A stretch of DNA of 55,782 bases from Trichomonas gallinae (GCA_008369845.1 MRSU01001922.1:62001-117782); one strand, 5' to 3'; shown: positions 1 to 13,100, counted from the first letter of the stretch. Notes: generated by a model from the letters alone, not told the origin. Translations and numbers: made by a program.

Positions 1-2
1 CT

Positions 3-620
3 GCGGAGGTTTTCATGGTTTTCGAGGAAATGCATAAAAACAATATCGTTTATCGCGATCTTAAGCCAGAAAATCTTCTATTCGATGCGGGCGGTCATAT
101 TAAATTCATCGATTTTGGCTTTGCCAAGCAGATCGATGAACGTACTTATACTTTATGCGGCACACCAGAATATCTTGCGCCAGAAATTATACGTGGTGAG
201 GGTACTACGTTCGCTAGTGATTGGTGGTCATATGGTGTATTGATCCATGAGCTTATATGTGGTTATACGCCATTTGCCTCATTAGCGGAGGACGATCTTT
301 ACAGAACAATCTGCGAAGGTGTAAATGAATATCCACCTGAAGTAGATGACGCTACTGCTGATTTCCTTGACGCGTTATTTGTTCTTGATCCAACTAGAAG
401 ACTTGGAAGCGGATCTGCGGGTACCGATGAAATTAAGAACCACCCTTACTTCGATGGTATTGATTGGAATAAGATGAGAGCGCACGCATATCAGACGCCG
501 CTTATTCCAATGGTTACTTCACCTTACGATACGTCTAACTTCGCCGATTTTACTTCTCAGGTGCCAGAATATGAGCCACTTGACGAAGAAATGAAGAAGA
601 TTAAGTTTGACAACTATTAA
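3..620 (+). CDS. AGC-family Ser/Thr kinase, PKA catalytic subunit-like (5' part lies outside the window)
   Basis: The frame is open from the window edge (AEVFMVFEEMH...). Motifs: YRDLKPEN, DFG, RTYTLCGTPEYLAPE, DWWSYG and a PKA-type C-terminal tail (DTSNF...FDNY). Confidence 0.93.
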   Translation, partial: AEVFMVFEEMHKNNIVYRDLKPENLLFDAGGHIKFIDFGFAKQIDERTYTLCGTPEYLAPEIIRGEGTTFASDWWSYGVLIHELICGYTPFASLAEDDLYRTICEGVNEYPPEVDDATADFLDALFVLDPTRRLGSGSAGTDEIKNHPYFDGIDWNKMRAHAYQTPLIPMVTSPYDTSNFADFTSQVPEYEPLDEEMKKIKFDNY

Positions 621-918
621 TTTATTTGAATTTTCATGCTTTTTTATTTTGCAAACTGGATTTTATCATAAAATATATTCTTTATCATTATGTAAAGTTA
701 ATCCTTTAACCAAAAAACTTAAGGAGTCGAAAATTATTTTTTAATTTTTTTGTTTTATTCTTCATATTCAACTTCATAATGCAGCCTTTAGCCTTCCCAT
801 GAAATTAAATTGGGCTTACTCCAATATTAATAAAAAATTATTAATATCATTCTATATTAAAATTATAGGGTTTATTTGGGTAATAATCAATGAATATTAG
901 TTGATATTCAACAATTCG

Positions 919-1582
919 CTAGATTGAAATTGATATATGCAGAAAGAATGCTGATACAATGTGTTGATATAGAATATAACAACCAATGCACTGGGTCATT
1001 ATAATATCATTGATTTTTATCCATAAGTCAGCATATCGAACAATATAAAACGTTGGCCTTATTATTGGACCTGGAAAGTATGGATCATATCCTTGGTTAT
1101 AAGCAGTCCCAATAGAATAATGATATGTTGATACTGGTCCATTATAATCTAAACAATTTTGATTAAATGAGCCCATGAGTCCTGAAAAATCTGACCAATC
1201 GTCGCCCTTGATCTTTTTGTAGTTTTTGGACTTGGATTCATTCAAGTAATTATCTTGTCTCCAGATTTGATAAGTTGGAATTTGTCTATATTCGAGTAAA
1301 TACGTATAATATTTGTAGCGAAGGCTTCGATAAGGTACATCAGCAATAATGGAATATGTGTTTTCTTTAAGATTGTAACAGAAGTTGCTTTTCGTAAAGA
1401 ACTCGTTTTTTGTCGAATCGTGATGGTAGATGCGCAGCCAGCGTGCATCATGTGCGATTTTATACTTTTTTCCATTCCATTCATATATTCCATCTTTGGA
1501 ATAGTCAACTTTTTGATCTAATCTTGGGTTGTTACTACTTGTGGAAAAGTTTTCAAAAAATGCAAAAAAAGCTTAGTAACAT
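919..1582 (-). pseudogene. Secreted/surface protein of an expanded trichomonad family with a fibrinogen-related-like domain; one-base frameshift just after the start codon
   Basis: The frame is open from 1572 to the stop at 919 (AFFENFST...RWLRIYHHDS...LLEY...QIWRQ...FSGL...YSIG...FPGP) but lacks an N-terminal ATG. The ATG at 1582 (MLLSFF) is out of frame by one base across the A7 run at 1564-1570; 664 nt = 221 codons + 1. The family assignment is from motif recall. Confidence 0.75.
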
Positions 1583-1989
1583 AATATGTTTTTATAGATT
1601 TTAATTTAAATTATTCGTCAAACAGTCAACATTTCCTATTTTTCAAAAAGATGATTATGTAAGTGTCATGTTGACTTTCCAATATTATCATTATCGAACT
1701 ACACTATATATATTTAATGTTTAAAATGCATGATACGCATAAAAATTATATCGCAAAATATATTTCTTGAATTTATATCTAAAACAATGCAGATCTGACA
1801 TCCACACATTGATATTTCGCTAATATTTACGAAGTTTATGATATATTTAATGAAATATTAATATTTGAAATATATCAAGTAAGAATGACTGGATTATATT
1901 AATACATTCGGTACAACATACAATTTTAAATAAAACATAACAGAAACATGAAATTAAAATAATATTTCATGAATATAAAATAAAAAAAA

Positions 1990-3273
1990 CTAATTAAATC
2001 TTGCTAATATTGATTCTGCGTAAACGTTTTCATCTGATTCTAATAGATCTGTCAATGTAGAGTATAAGTTTTCATTGCTAAATATCATTTCTAAAATTGC
2101 TGGTTGATTATTGAGATCTGCTTTTTTAATGATTGTATTAAGAACTATTAAGCAACTGTTAGCTTCTCCAAAAGACATTAGTGTTAAATTATCTGCTAAA
2201 ATATCAATAAAACCATTTTCGAATAATTGATTTTGAATTTCGAAAGGCGAATTCAATATAATTCTGATCAATGAGTTAACAGCACAAAGAACATTCTGAA
2301 GTGGTCGTTCTTCTATGATTTTTAATAATATTTGAGGAACATTATTCTGTAACAAAATTTGCGTTGCGTCTTCTAGTCCAAATTCTGCAATATCGCCAAT
2401 AATATCTATTGCATATGACAGTGTGCAAATATCTTCGCTATTTAATGCAGAAAAAACAAAATATATCAAATTTGTATCTAAAATTGTTCTTTTTGGATTT
2501 TGTGACTTAAATGTTATTTCTCGTAGTATAAGAAGCATTAGGTCATGCGTCTGCGCGATTTCTGGAGGATTTTGGAAAATCAAGTAAAAATCATCATAGT
2601 CAACAAGTATTGATTGAATTTTGCTGGATTCTTTCACGCAAAAATAAATAAATCTCAAACACTCAAATCTCAGCTTTCCATCTCGATCTTGTGCTAATGA
2701 AATGACTTCTTGGATCAAAGGTAAAATTTCTTCTTGTAGAGAGTCATATCTGATGAATGTCGTTAAAAAAAGCAAAGATTGATCACTATTGATTTCCGAA
2801 ACAAATTTATGATTGCTTTGATAAGAAAAAACTATCTTGGCAGAATACTCATTCATAGATGACAGTAACCCGGCTATATTGAATGCGTAAGAGTGCGGAA
2901 AACAGTCGATAATCGATTCAAGTCTGTGAGGTTCAAGGAAAAGTTCATTGTTGAACTCTTCTCTGAATGAAACAACCAAATCAATGGCATGTAGATAGTT
3001 GTTAATCAATGTTTCGTTATGAATTAATTTTGCGGAATTTAATAGATTGATTAAATAATCAGCTTGTTCTGCATTTATAATGAATATATGCTCTTTACAA
3101 AAATTTCCAAATGTATTGATTCTATCTTCAATAGATATAGAATTATCTCCTAATTTTTCGAGAATTTGCGTGTTAAGTTCGGTATCGTACGAGACATCTT
3201 TAGTGGAACGCTCATCTTCCATATTAAGACGATCAGAAGTCCGGCTTTCTGAAGCATTAAACAAATTAGACAT
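1990..3273 (-). CDS. Armadillo/HEAT-repeat (importin-alpha-like) hypothetical protein
   Basis: 427-aa ORF with L/I-rich helical repeats (e.g. YAIDIIGDIAEFG, LFENGFIDILADNL). An Inr-like TCATT lies just upstream of the ATG. Confidence 0.65.
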   Translation of the reverse strand: MSNLFNASESRTSDRLNMEDERSTKDVSYDTELNTQILEKLGDNSISIEDRINTFGNFCKEHIFIINAEQADYLINLLNSAKLIHNETLINNYLHAIDLVVSFREEFNNELFLEPHRLESIIDCFPHSYAFNIAGLLSSMNEYSAKIVFSYQSNHKFVSEINSDQSLLFLTTFIRYDSLQEEILPLIQEVISLAQDRDGKLRFECLRFIYFCVKESSKIQSILVDYDDFYLIFQNPPEIAQTHDLMLLILREITFKSQNPKRTILDTNLIYFVFSALNSEDICTLSYAIDIIGDIAEFGLEDATQILLQNNVPQILLKIIEERPLQNVLCAVNSLIRIILNSPFEIQNQLFENGFIDILADNLTLMSFGEANSCLIVLNTIIKKADLNNQPAILEMIFSNENLYSTLTDLLESDENVYAESILARFN

Positions 3274-3456
3274 TCAAATGATTTTGTCAAAAATTTCCAA
3301 TTTTTGTCATGTAAATTAACCTTTTTTTGATTATATAATTCTTATATTTAACTATTATATAGCTACATATCACTTTATCCACAAGAAGGCTCTTGATAAT
3401 CAGTAGTTATAGTAGCTGCTCCCGTGAAAAACAAAAAATAATCCCTATTTAGGGAA

Positions 3457-3744
3457 ATGCAGATTTCGAGAAAAACTAACAATATAAGATGATTATTGTA
3501 GAGCGTCAAAAAACAGTTCTCATCTGGTGTAACACATAGTGAGCTTAAGAGTGTTGCGCAAGTTTGTTCATATATTCTTGAAATTAATATTGATCACGAT
3601 GCTGGACGTGATAATCACGTTCTCATTAAATGGTTTAATAAAAGTTGGGACAAAATCAGCAAAATCATCGATAAAGTTCATCTTAGAGATGACCAAGAAC
3701 AACTCATCAACCAAGAAAGAGAAATGAGAGAGACAAAGCTCTGA
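3457..3744 (+). pseudogene. Relic of a small trichomonad-specific protein family (motif THxELxSxA...DxDAxRDNxVLIKWF...W)
   Basis: 80 open codons at 3502-3741 (SVKKQFSSGVTHSELKSVAQ...DAGRDNHVLIKWFNKSWDKI...). The in-frame ATG at 3457 is separated from them by stops at 3490 (TGA) and 3499 (TAG). Not in the ORF track. Confidence 0.6.
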
Positions 3745-4746
3745 GATAGTACGATTGTTTATTTGTATGCTACTAAATAAAGTGCTGTAGTTTTTAATGC
3801 ATTTCTATTCCATATTGAAATTTTTGCTATAAAACTATTTTAAATCATGCTGTTAAACGCTAATTTTGGACTCATCATAAGCTAATCTAACAGATTTAAT
3901 ATGTGCACAAGCTTCAAAATTAAAAATATAATTTCAACAATATATCAAAATCGATTTTATTGTGTTGTGGTTTATTGAATGAAAATTTCTACATCATATA
4001 ATTCATAATCCACGGAATTTCCTCATAAAGAACGATACTGATATCAATTTAAAAACATTTCAATGGATGTCGTGTGATTACTCTTATTTGTTTACTAAAA
4101 TCGCTATAGTATATATTAATGCAGTGGTTAAATAAAGCTAATCATGTGGATACAAATCATTTTTCAAAAGAATTTTTTGAGCAAATCAAAAGGCATCAAT
4201 ATTAACCAAGATATCAGGTTATTAGCATACATACATAGTCACTGCCGAAAACAATTGACCCAGTTATCCATGATGCTTTTCGAAAATCAGGAGCCGAAAT
4301 TGAGTGCGATATGGTTTGTGGTTTTTCGTATTGTTTTAAAAGTGATTCGCAAGAATAACGAAAAATGTTGGGTTTTTGTTTTTTTCTCGATTTCAAATCG
4401 TTCATGATCAAAGCTTTTTTCAAAAATTAGTTGAATAATGACTATTTGTAACGTACCTATCATAGATAATCATTTTAAAAGCCCAAGATTTTACATCATC
4501 GGTGAAATTTAATGCAGGAAGTGTTTATTTTCATCCTTAAAAGCAATTAAACACTAGAAATGAAGCAAAATTTTCCAATTAAAGAATTTTTCTCTCAAAA
4601 GTTCTAATCAAATTCAAAATTTTCAGTCCTAAAATTCATATTTAATATTTAAGTCCGATTTTAGTTTATATCTATTTTATAAGGGATAATAAGATAACTT
4701 GACGTCAAAGTCTTAAATTCTGATGATTAGTTTATTATAAAAAAAA

Positions 4747-5355
4747 ATGGACGCGCAGATCTCAATCGCACTCCGATATACTTTCGGAGGTGAGACGGTC
4801 ATTCAATGCTCACCATTTGACATCGTCGGAACAGCTATGAGTGAGAATGAAATAGAGATTCCTTTAGGCACAAAAATGGTACTTTGTCACAAAGGAAAGG
4901 TATTGGATGAGAATCTCACATTCGATTATCAAGGAGTCAAGGATGGAGACTTCATCATCTGCTACTTGAAGAAGATTGAACTTAACAATTCCAAGAGACA
5001 AAATGTATTCATGCCAATCGTTGTGCCAGTCCATAGAAGCAGACGTAGATATCAAACATTGTCACAGATGAAGAACGAAATATGCTCAAAGATTACAGAT
5101 CAGCGTTTCAATGGGTGGGAGATGTCTAAAGATCTTCCTTCCATCTTGAAACGCATGAGGAAACAGCAAGTAGATGCCTCTGATAACCAAGAGGTGCAAC
5201 AAACAATTATCCCAGAAGCTAAACTTTCAACAGATCCGCTTCCAATACTCCCGGAAGAGACCAGCAGAAAGTTCCAGGGGGTGAGAAAAGTTAATTCCAG
5301 CGAAGAGGCCCTACAAAATTCTAATCATCCTTACATGATTGCTAAGAAGGAATAA
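4747..5355 (+). CDS. Ubiquitin-like domain protein
   Basis: N-terminal Ubl pattern (LCHKGKVLDENLTFDYQGVKDGDFI) followed by a disordered C-terminus. A-rich context before the ATG. Confidence 0.8.
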   Translation: MDAQISIALRYTFGGETVIQCSPFDIVGTAMSENEIEIPLGTKMVLCHKGKVLDENLTFDYQGVKDGDFIICYLKKIELNNSKRQNVFMPIVVPVHRSRRRYQTLSQMKNEICSKITDQRFNGWEMSKDLPSILKRMRKQQVDASDNQEVQQTIIPEAKLSTDPLPILPEETSRKFQGVRKVNSSEEALQNSNHPYMIAKKE

Positions 5356-6365
5356 ATAATTGTTTGTATTTTCCATGTATATCAAATAACTCCTTTTTAT
5401 CAACAGACTTCCCCACTTCGCACCGAAAATTAATCATTTTAACACTTCCAAAGGCTGAAAAAGCTGTGATTCAGAACCATCAAATTAAGCCGAAAGATAT
5501 TTATGCCTTTTACTTAGATATTCAGATGTTTCACATTATGTGGAATATATTTGTAGCGTCGAAAACAATCTGATTGCAGAACCTTGAAATTGAATCAATT
5601 TTCAATAAAGGCTAGCGATATTTTAATTACAGCAATATTATGAAATATACACCGAAAATGCAATCCCCAAAACATTGAGTTCAACTCTTGTGTACTTATT
5701 TTTCATCAACGAAATTCAGTTTGATATCAGACGTGCTACTCACAAATATACAACCTATTGATGCTGTTTGAATATATTAGATGTGATGGCGTGTTATCGG
5801 AAAGAACGCATTAAGCTACAGACAACAATTTTCATCACAGCCCTGTAATTTAACAAGTTATTGAACCATAGTATTTGTCACATTAACTGATGATGGGTTA
5901 AATCAAAATAAAATCGAAATAATTTTTCTGAAATTATGCCACACACTCTTAATTTTTATGTAAAACACACTATTAGATGATATATAATGAATTTAAACTA
6001 TGAAATGAGCTTAAATCGTTAAATAAAACATCGCTCGTTTTTTCAGAAAAAAATTTACGAAATATTTGTATATAATAACAAAATAGATGCGATTTAACAA
6101 AGAGAAAAGTGAATTCAAAGTGAATTTATCCAAATAAAATTTGAATAAAAAGCGTCAGAAACATTTGATTATAATTTTCTTTATAACAACAACGATAAAG
6201 GAAAAATTATTCGCATATATTTATACTTTATGTTGCAAGGAAAGATTAAAAAATAATGAATTAAATTGTTCAACGTTTTTCTCGTATTATTTATATTTGA
6301 GAAAATTAACACAGTGAAAAAGAATCATAAAGCGATGCTGCTGGTGAATATAACATTAAAAATAT

Positions 6366-6854
6366 TTACATAAGTTGAAAAATATCCGTACTTTGGGTCC
6401 ATGAAAGCTCAAGTTTGTTATCCGGCTTATCGGGATCAATTGTCGAAAAAATCCGGTCAATAGAGTCCGCTTCGTGCTTAGCAGGTTGGATTGCAATTGG
6501 TTCAATCTTTTTAGCATACTCTCGGGGGCATAACTGGTAAAATCTGTTTCTTATGGATGCAACATTCCTGTCTGTAAGGAATGGAACAATTTTTATCCAT
6601 TTTCGCCCAAACATTTTATGTTTCTCAAGAAGAATCTGATCTTCTTCTGGCGTCCATTCACGTCTAGGGTTTTTCGCTGCATTGTAGTGCTTCCATCTCT
6701 CAATACATTGTCTAACGTTTCTCCCAGGCATTAAGGATGCAATCGTAACCCAGTTATGAGGTCCGTATTGCTCTATAATAGACTTTAATCTTTCGTCCTC
6801 TTCTGGTTGAAATTTCATTGGTTTACGAATGGTGCGCTTCTTCAGTTTCAGCAT
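6366..6854 (-). CDS. R2R3 Myb-like DNA-binding protein
   Basis: Two Myb repeats: KFQPEEDERL...NWVTIASLMPGRNVRQCIERW and WTPEEDQILL...GRKWIKI...IRNRF. Confidence 0.93.
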   Translation of the reverse strand: MLKLKKRTIRKPMKFQPEEDERLKSIIEQYGPHNWVTIASLMPGRNVRQCIERWKHYNAAKNPRREWTPEEDQILLEKHKMFGRKWIKIVPFLTDRNVASIRNRFYQLCPREYAKKIEPIAIQPAKHEADSIDRIFSTIDPDKPDNKLELSWTQSTDIFQLM

Positions 6855-8025
6855 TTATCTAATTGATCTAAAGAAAAAAATATATAATTTGATAACAATT
6901 TCACTTTTTTGAGTTTATGCGCCTTTGACATTTTGGTAAATAATAACTCCAGCAAGATTTTGGATTTAAATATAATTGATAGGCTAACGAATTTTCCACT
7001 CAAAATTTGTGAGATTAAATTTCATGAAAAGTTTATCGTTTTAAAGTCAAATTTTGAAATATCGAAGTATTATGTTTTCTAATCAATTGTTATTGCGAGA
7101 CGTTTACTCCTGTTCTCAAAAGTGACAGAAAAGTTCAAATATTTTTTGAAAGGTTTTTATAAATAATATATTTTATTTTTTCAAAACATTGAATCATAAT
7201 AATATCTTATTCACATTTACTTAATAAACTTATTATTTACAAATTTTATGCGTTTGTATTTTTTCATGTTCCTTCATTCTTTATATAATACTAATTGAGT
7301 TACATTTTCAGTTTCAATCATTTTAAATTGAATATGCATCAATTATTTCATAATTGAAAATCTGATAAGCTCTCAAAAGTCATTATTCGTTTTTTACAAA
7401 TGATAGCACAAATAGTTATCTAGACCGAATGTTGAACATGATTTATATCGATATTACATTCAATTAAATTTTATAAAACGAATCTAGTCATATTAAAGAA
7501 TGCGAACTAAAAATAAAGTTCAGAAATTTTTATTCAACGGTAAAATGTAAATTTCCAATTTTTTGGCTCAGAAAACTTGATCAAATGTATCCGTTCACAG
7601 ATCTGTTTGTCAATTTGTCAAGACAAAGATGATACTCTTGTAAATTTGTTCGTTTGATTAATTTTTTCAGGCATTTATTTGCTAAAATTGCTTTATTGCA
7701 AAATATAGCTGTTATATAACCGACAAATATCAATTTCCAAACAATAATTTGTCAAAAGAATATATTTTTACTGAATTCAAATTTAACTCTGTATCGGAAA
7801 TTAAATATCCTGTTTTACCACGACAAATACAATATTTGAAATATAACTACGTAACATCCACTATCCTTTTATCCTGATTTATTCTACTGGTGTCAAAAAT
7901 CTGCTTTTTTTTCTCGATATGATAATTTAATGTTATCAACGCATATATATATATGGGAACTGTTAAGAATGCTGATTTCCTTATTATATTTCATCCAATC
8001 GAAGGTGATGTGATATATTGGTAGA

Positions 8026-8430
8026 CTATAGAGCTTTATAAGAATTATCAGTCTTCACTGCATCCTTGACTTTTCCATCTGGCCTCCTACCATTGTCATT
8101 TCCATTCCTATGGAAATTACCTCTCATCTTCTTTTCTGGAACATTTGTGAATTAGTTTATCTTTGGAACTTCTCTCAAGTTCCTTTTTTCATCTGATGAT
8201 CTTTATCGAACTCGCGTCCAAATATCAAGCTTCTCCTCAATAAAACCGGTCCAATGTCTTTAAGGTACATTCTTTCAATCCTACATACATATGATGACAG
8301 GAGACTTTTTAAGAATCATTTGAAGCGGATTCTTCGCATTCTTTGATCTAATATCATTTTCTTTTTCGATTCTCACCTCTCTTCATCAATATCTAAGGAC
8401 TTTGGCTTATGTTTTGTTTCGAGGCGCTCT
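8026..8430 (-). pseudogene. Possible highly decayed coding relic of unknown origin
   Basis: Purine-rich, less AT-rich stretch. The frame 8376-8026 gives 116 codons of K/R/E/D-rich peptide with 5 internal stops. An 11-bp tandem duplication (ACTGTACTAAG x2, 8431-8452) sits at its edge. Confidence 0.3.
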
Positions 8431-10124
8431 ACTGTACTAAGACTGTACTAAGACATTACCAATAAGTACTATACTGTGATAGAGGAGACTGATGCTGTCA
8501 AGACTACGATTTTGAACCGAAGTACTAAATGCATTGGTCTCCATTGCTGTTCTAGGGTAAAATCTATAGATCAATTATTGAGATTTACGCAGTTTAATGT
8601 TTATCGTGAGCTCTTGAACAAAAACATAATGTGTTTCAACCCAATGTGGAATCGATATGAGTAAATGCACATTTACCATCATTTTCAAATGCATCTAAGC
8701 ATGCAGATTCCATAATGAGTAACAAAAAACGATGTGGCTATATATATACAAGTCAAGAATTCGATTAAAGCAGAAACCATGACAATAGAAAAGATTGTTG
8801 CAATTTAATGTTGAGAGACTTTCATGCGTAATTTTTAACATTTAATTTGATTGTCATCTTTCGTTATTAGTGTAGACACAGCGGTTCTATTATCGTTGGA
8901 AACCCGAATTGTTTTAATAGTTAGTGATTTCCATTGATCGTTCAAAATGAATTCAATCAGTGGCTACATGAGTTAATTAAATTTAATTAATATTTACATA
9001 ATTAATTCGTATTTCATCTTTTGATTTGAAAAATATCGAACTTTCGAATTTGAAATTTACAATTTTACAGTTTTAACGAAATTTAATGAGGGATTTAGAA
9101 TATATACTATTTATATAGCTCGGATCATCTACAAAATTGTGCTGAATTAACGATAGAAAATTTTGATAAACGAGCATTTATAAGGTTATAAAAGCAACAA
9201 GATAAACTTGCTTTTCCAGCGTTATATTTATCTCTAACATTGTACCAATAGGGAGCAATATATGTAATGGGCATATATACAAAAGATATGCATATGATTT
9301 GCTTTAATATTTTTCAAAATCAATATGATTCTGCTGATTTAAAATAACAATAGTATCAATTTAATAGGTACATAGTATGGATTTATTTATTACAAACACT
9401 AGCCTCAGTTTTGAGGAAATTTTTGAATCAAAAATAAAAAATATAAGGTATATTGAAACCAAGCATGCATTGTAATATATTTAACATAAACAAGCCATAG
9501 CCAAAAAGATAACTAATAAACAAATGATTTCACAAAAAATATAATTAAAAATTCAAATATAAAAGGACAATCAATTAATCAAACAAGGATAAGATCAAAT
9601 TCGATATTAAACAACAAAAGAGGTGTAATATTTTTTTAGAGCTTGAAACCCTGTTATATATATTCTCTATATATACGTGTTTTAAGCATAAAGAAAAATT
9701 AAAAAGTTAAAAAAATTTTAATGAATCAAAGGAAGAAAAAATTAAAATTATGAAATTATCATAACAAGGGTAAGATAGATTTATTTAGTATTTTCAATTA
9801 TGAAATTTTTTTGTTGAAATTATTAGAGTTAAATGCTAATGTATGCTAATGTTTGATTGAAAAATAGGTCACTTTTATAGAAAACCTTTCAATAATTGAG
9901 AGCTTTACAATTCCGCGTGTAAATTATTTTACTATCTAATTATTGGAATATGCATCAATCAAAATTCAAATCCAAAAAATAACGAATAAAATCCGTTACG
10001 ATCATTTTAACACATATATCTTTATAGTTAATATTTTGCAGTAAAATTTTTTCTCGAAGAAAAGTTCACAAAGTATTCTTAGAGATTCAACAAAATTTAA
10101 AAATTTGTTTTTCTCTAGAATTAA

Positions 10125-13100
10125 ATGGCATCGCTTGCACCATCTGTTTCTGTTTCCACCACAAACACCTCTTTTTCGTCAAACGGATCTACAAGCGATG
10201 AGGCCACTCGCTCGAAGAAACGCTTAGAATCGACGATTTTCCCGTTATTCAGTGAGATGTCTAGATTTGCAAATATTCCAAGGTTTATCCTTCATATTCA
10301 AATGTTTATCTCATTAATACAAGCGGCAATAGCATCCCTCTGGATTCCATCCAATGTAAGATGGCCAGATGCGCCAGAATTTTTCAAAGGTTTGCAAAGT
10401 GTCGTTGATTTCGGTCAAACTATCTCAGCAACAATTTCTCACACAGTAGTATCAGCTATCGAAGTCGCTATTTCTTTAATTATCCTCGCAATTTACGTTA
10501 TTTGTTATTTTTCTTACAAAAATAAGCGCACATATCAAAAATGGCAGTTATATACTTTAAGAATCCTCCTCCTAATTGTTTTACCACTGATTCTTCCAAG
10601 TGTTGCTGCTTCTTCCGCCTATGCATTCGTTGATCTTCTCAGTGAACCTAATGCTCAGAACATCGTTTTCTCGTTTTTGGACATAATAATGCTTTTCGCG
10701 CTGGGCTTAGTTTACTATTTTACAACAGGCTTCACCGTTAAATCTCCCATTGTCTTGAGAAACAATTTTGGCCAGTGGGACCCACTTTTATTGCCGATAT
10801 TCATGTACATCACTTTACTATCAACGTTCTCGTCTGTTTTTGTGGATTCATTCCCAGTTTGGATTTCCACGATATTATGCCTTTCTTTGGTGGCAGGATG
10901 CTGCTACTGCTTATACAAGCTCAATGAGTTCCCAATCTATAGATTCGAATGCACAATTGTTTACTCAATTTTCTTCTTCTTCTCGGGAATCGCTTTTCTC
11001 ATTGCCATCATTGACACATACATCAAGATTCCATGGTACTGCATTTTATTCATCCCAGTTGTCATTTCTCCGATCGCTGCGATTTGTTATAACATTTTCT
11101 TGAAGAAACGCTACCAAACAATCAAGAATAAGCTTGTTTACAAGGCCATCAGGATTGGAAATGATATTTCCGACAGCGAAAAAACAGAATATTTTGATAC
11201 TCTCGTTTTCAAGGATACGAAGGATGCCATTAGACATCTGCACATCGGTCTTGTCGAGCGTTGCGATCTTTTGCTCGATTTCTCATTCATTAGATATATC
11301 GTCACAAATTATGCGGAAAAGACAATTTTGGAGGCTGTCATTCAAATAGTTTCATTCTTCCCAAGCGAACTTCAGCTTCTCACGTCTCTTCTCGTAAACC
11401 TTAGCAATATGAGAGATCCATCACTTATAGAGCAGTATTTGCTTTACCAAATCACGAAGATCCACTTGACACGTCAGTCCGCTGTCTCCAATGATGCCAG
11501 AAACCACATCGCTGTTCTCCGCAACAAAGCAACAAAAACAACAGCCATGGTTCGCTGCTTCTGGTCAGCAATCGCGACTGTTGGCTCAAAGGACATCTCC
11601 ATGGAGACATACCATTACATCCGCACCGAATCTCTCAACATTGACAGCGCATTCAACGATTCAACTGAAAGATTCCCGTCAAACTCTTCCCTTTGCGAAG
11701 AATACGCTACATTCCTTGTTGAGGCACTCGGCAACTACCACTCCGCCCTCCGCTGGAAGTCTATGGCCGCTTCTGTCGAAATCGGAAGAAAGATTCCACG
11801 CGATCCATGCTTCCAGTCCATTGTAAACGTTATCCCAGAGCTTCTCTTTGAGCACTGCGTGGACGTTAATGGCCAATTCATCAAGAAAGGACCAGAAGAT
11901 AATGCATCTGCTGCTAAGTCCAACCAATCATTCTCATCTTCCAGCAGCTTCTCGAGTTCATCAATGAGTGCTGGTTTCGAAGCCAAGAATGAAGAATTGC
12001 TTTCTAATTTCTTGAAAGATGGAAGAATCAGACTTGCAATGCAAAGTGCCCTGAAGAAAGGCCACCTTAGGATGATTAAGAGTCTCAAGTCATTCATGTA
12101 CACATCATTAATCACATTCTTGGTTGTTTTTATTATAATTTTCATTATTGTCCCATATATCGCTCAGTCCTCCCTCAACAATGTCATTGAGAACCAGGAC
12201 TTCGCGACAGCCACATCATCATTCATCCAAATGACAACTGGCTCTTCATTCTTGCTCGCCAAGTATGGATCCAACCTTTCCAACCCCGACACAATTATTT
12301 ACGATGTAAAGGCCAATGTCGACAAGTATACTTCAGTCTATGATGACCTTCCTGCTGAAGGAATCTTCAAAGCTACAGAACTTTGGACACACAGACAATC
12401 GTTGAATGTTGTCAAGTCCCTTACATCTGTCCTTGCATCTGTAGTCAGAGGTGACGCTGAAGGCGACATCGTTAAAGAATATATTAATGGATCTGCAATG
12501 TTGTCTGGTTTCGGCAATGACGGTCAAATCACTTATGTACCAATGTCAATTAAAGGCGCTTTAAACGGCGTAATTAACAATGTTAAATTTGGCCTTGGTA
12601 TTTCTCCAATTCAGGCTGTTGAAAACCAGAAGAACGCTACATTTGCATCCATACTCAAGACAGCCGTTATCAATGGTGTCAATCTTCCACCGTATATGCT
12701 TGAAATTTCAAATCTTTTGACAAAATCAGGTTTTGACAACGTTAGCAAGGTTAGAACTGTTATTTATGTTTTGTCATACTTCCTTCCAGCCTTGTTGCTT
12801 ATCATTTTCGAGTGCTTCGCCGCTTATGTTATTTTTTATTTCGTTTCCGACCTCCACAAGATCTCAGTCACACTTAGAACAGTCAAGCCTGACATAGTCA
12901 AAGAGTCTGTATTGCCAATCATCAAATCCACCGAAGAGAAACCATTGGATCAAGGTGGCTCACTTAATATGCACATGAGCGAGTCTTTGAAGAGCTTAAT
13001 CCCATTTGTTGTCATCCTCTATGTCATTGCTTCATGCTTAGTCATCCTTTTCAGCACAAATATTTTCAGCGGATTAAATTCATTCCAAAAGGTCTTCACA

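Noticed and set aside
3475..3488. ACTAAC branch-point-like sequence that could rescue the 3457-3744 pseudogene by splicing
   Set aside because: It does not match the trichomonad ACTAACACACAG 3' motif, and splicing at the next AG would leave the in-frame stops.
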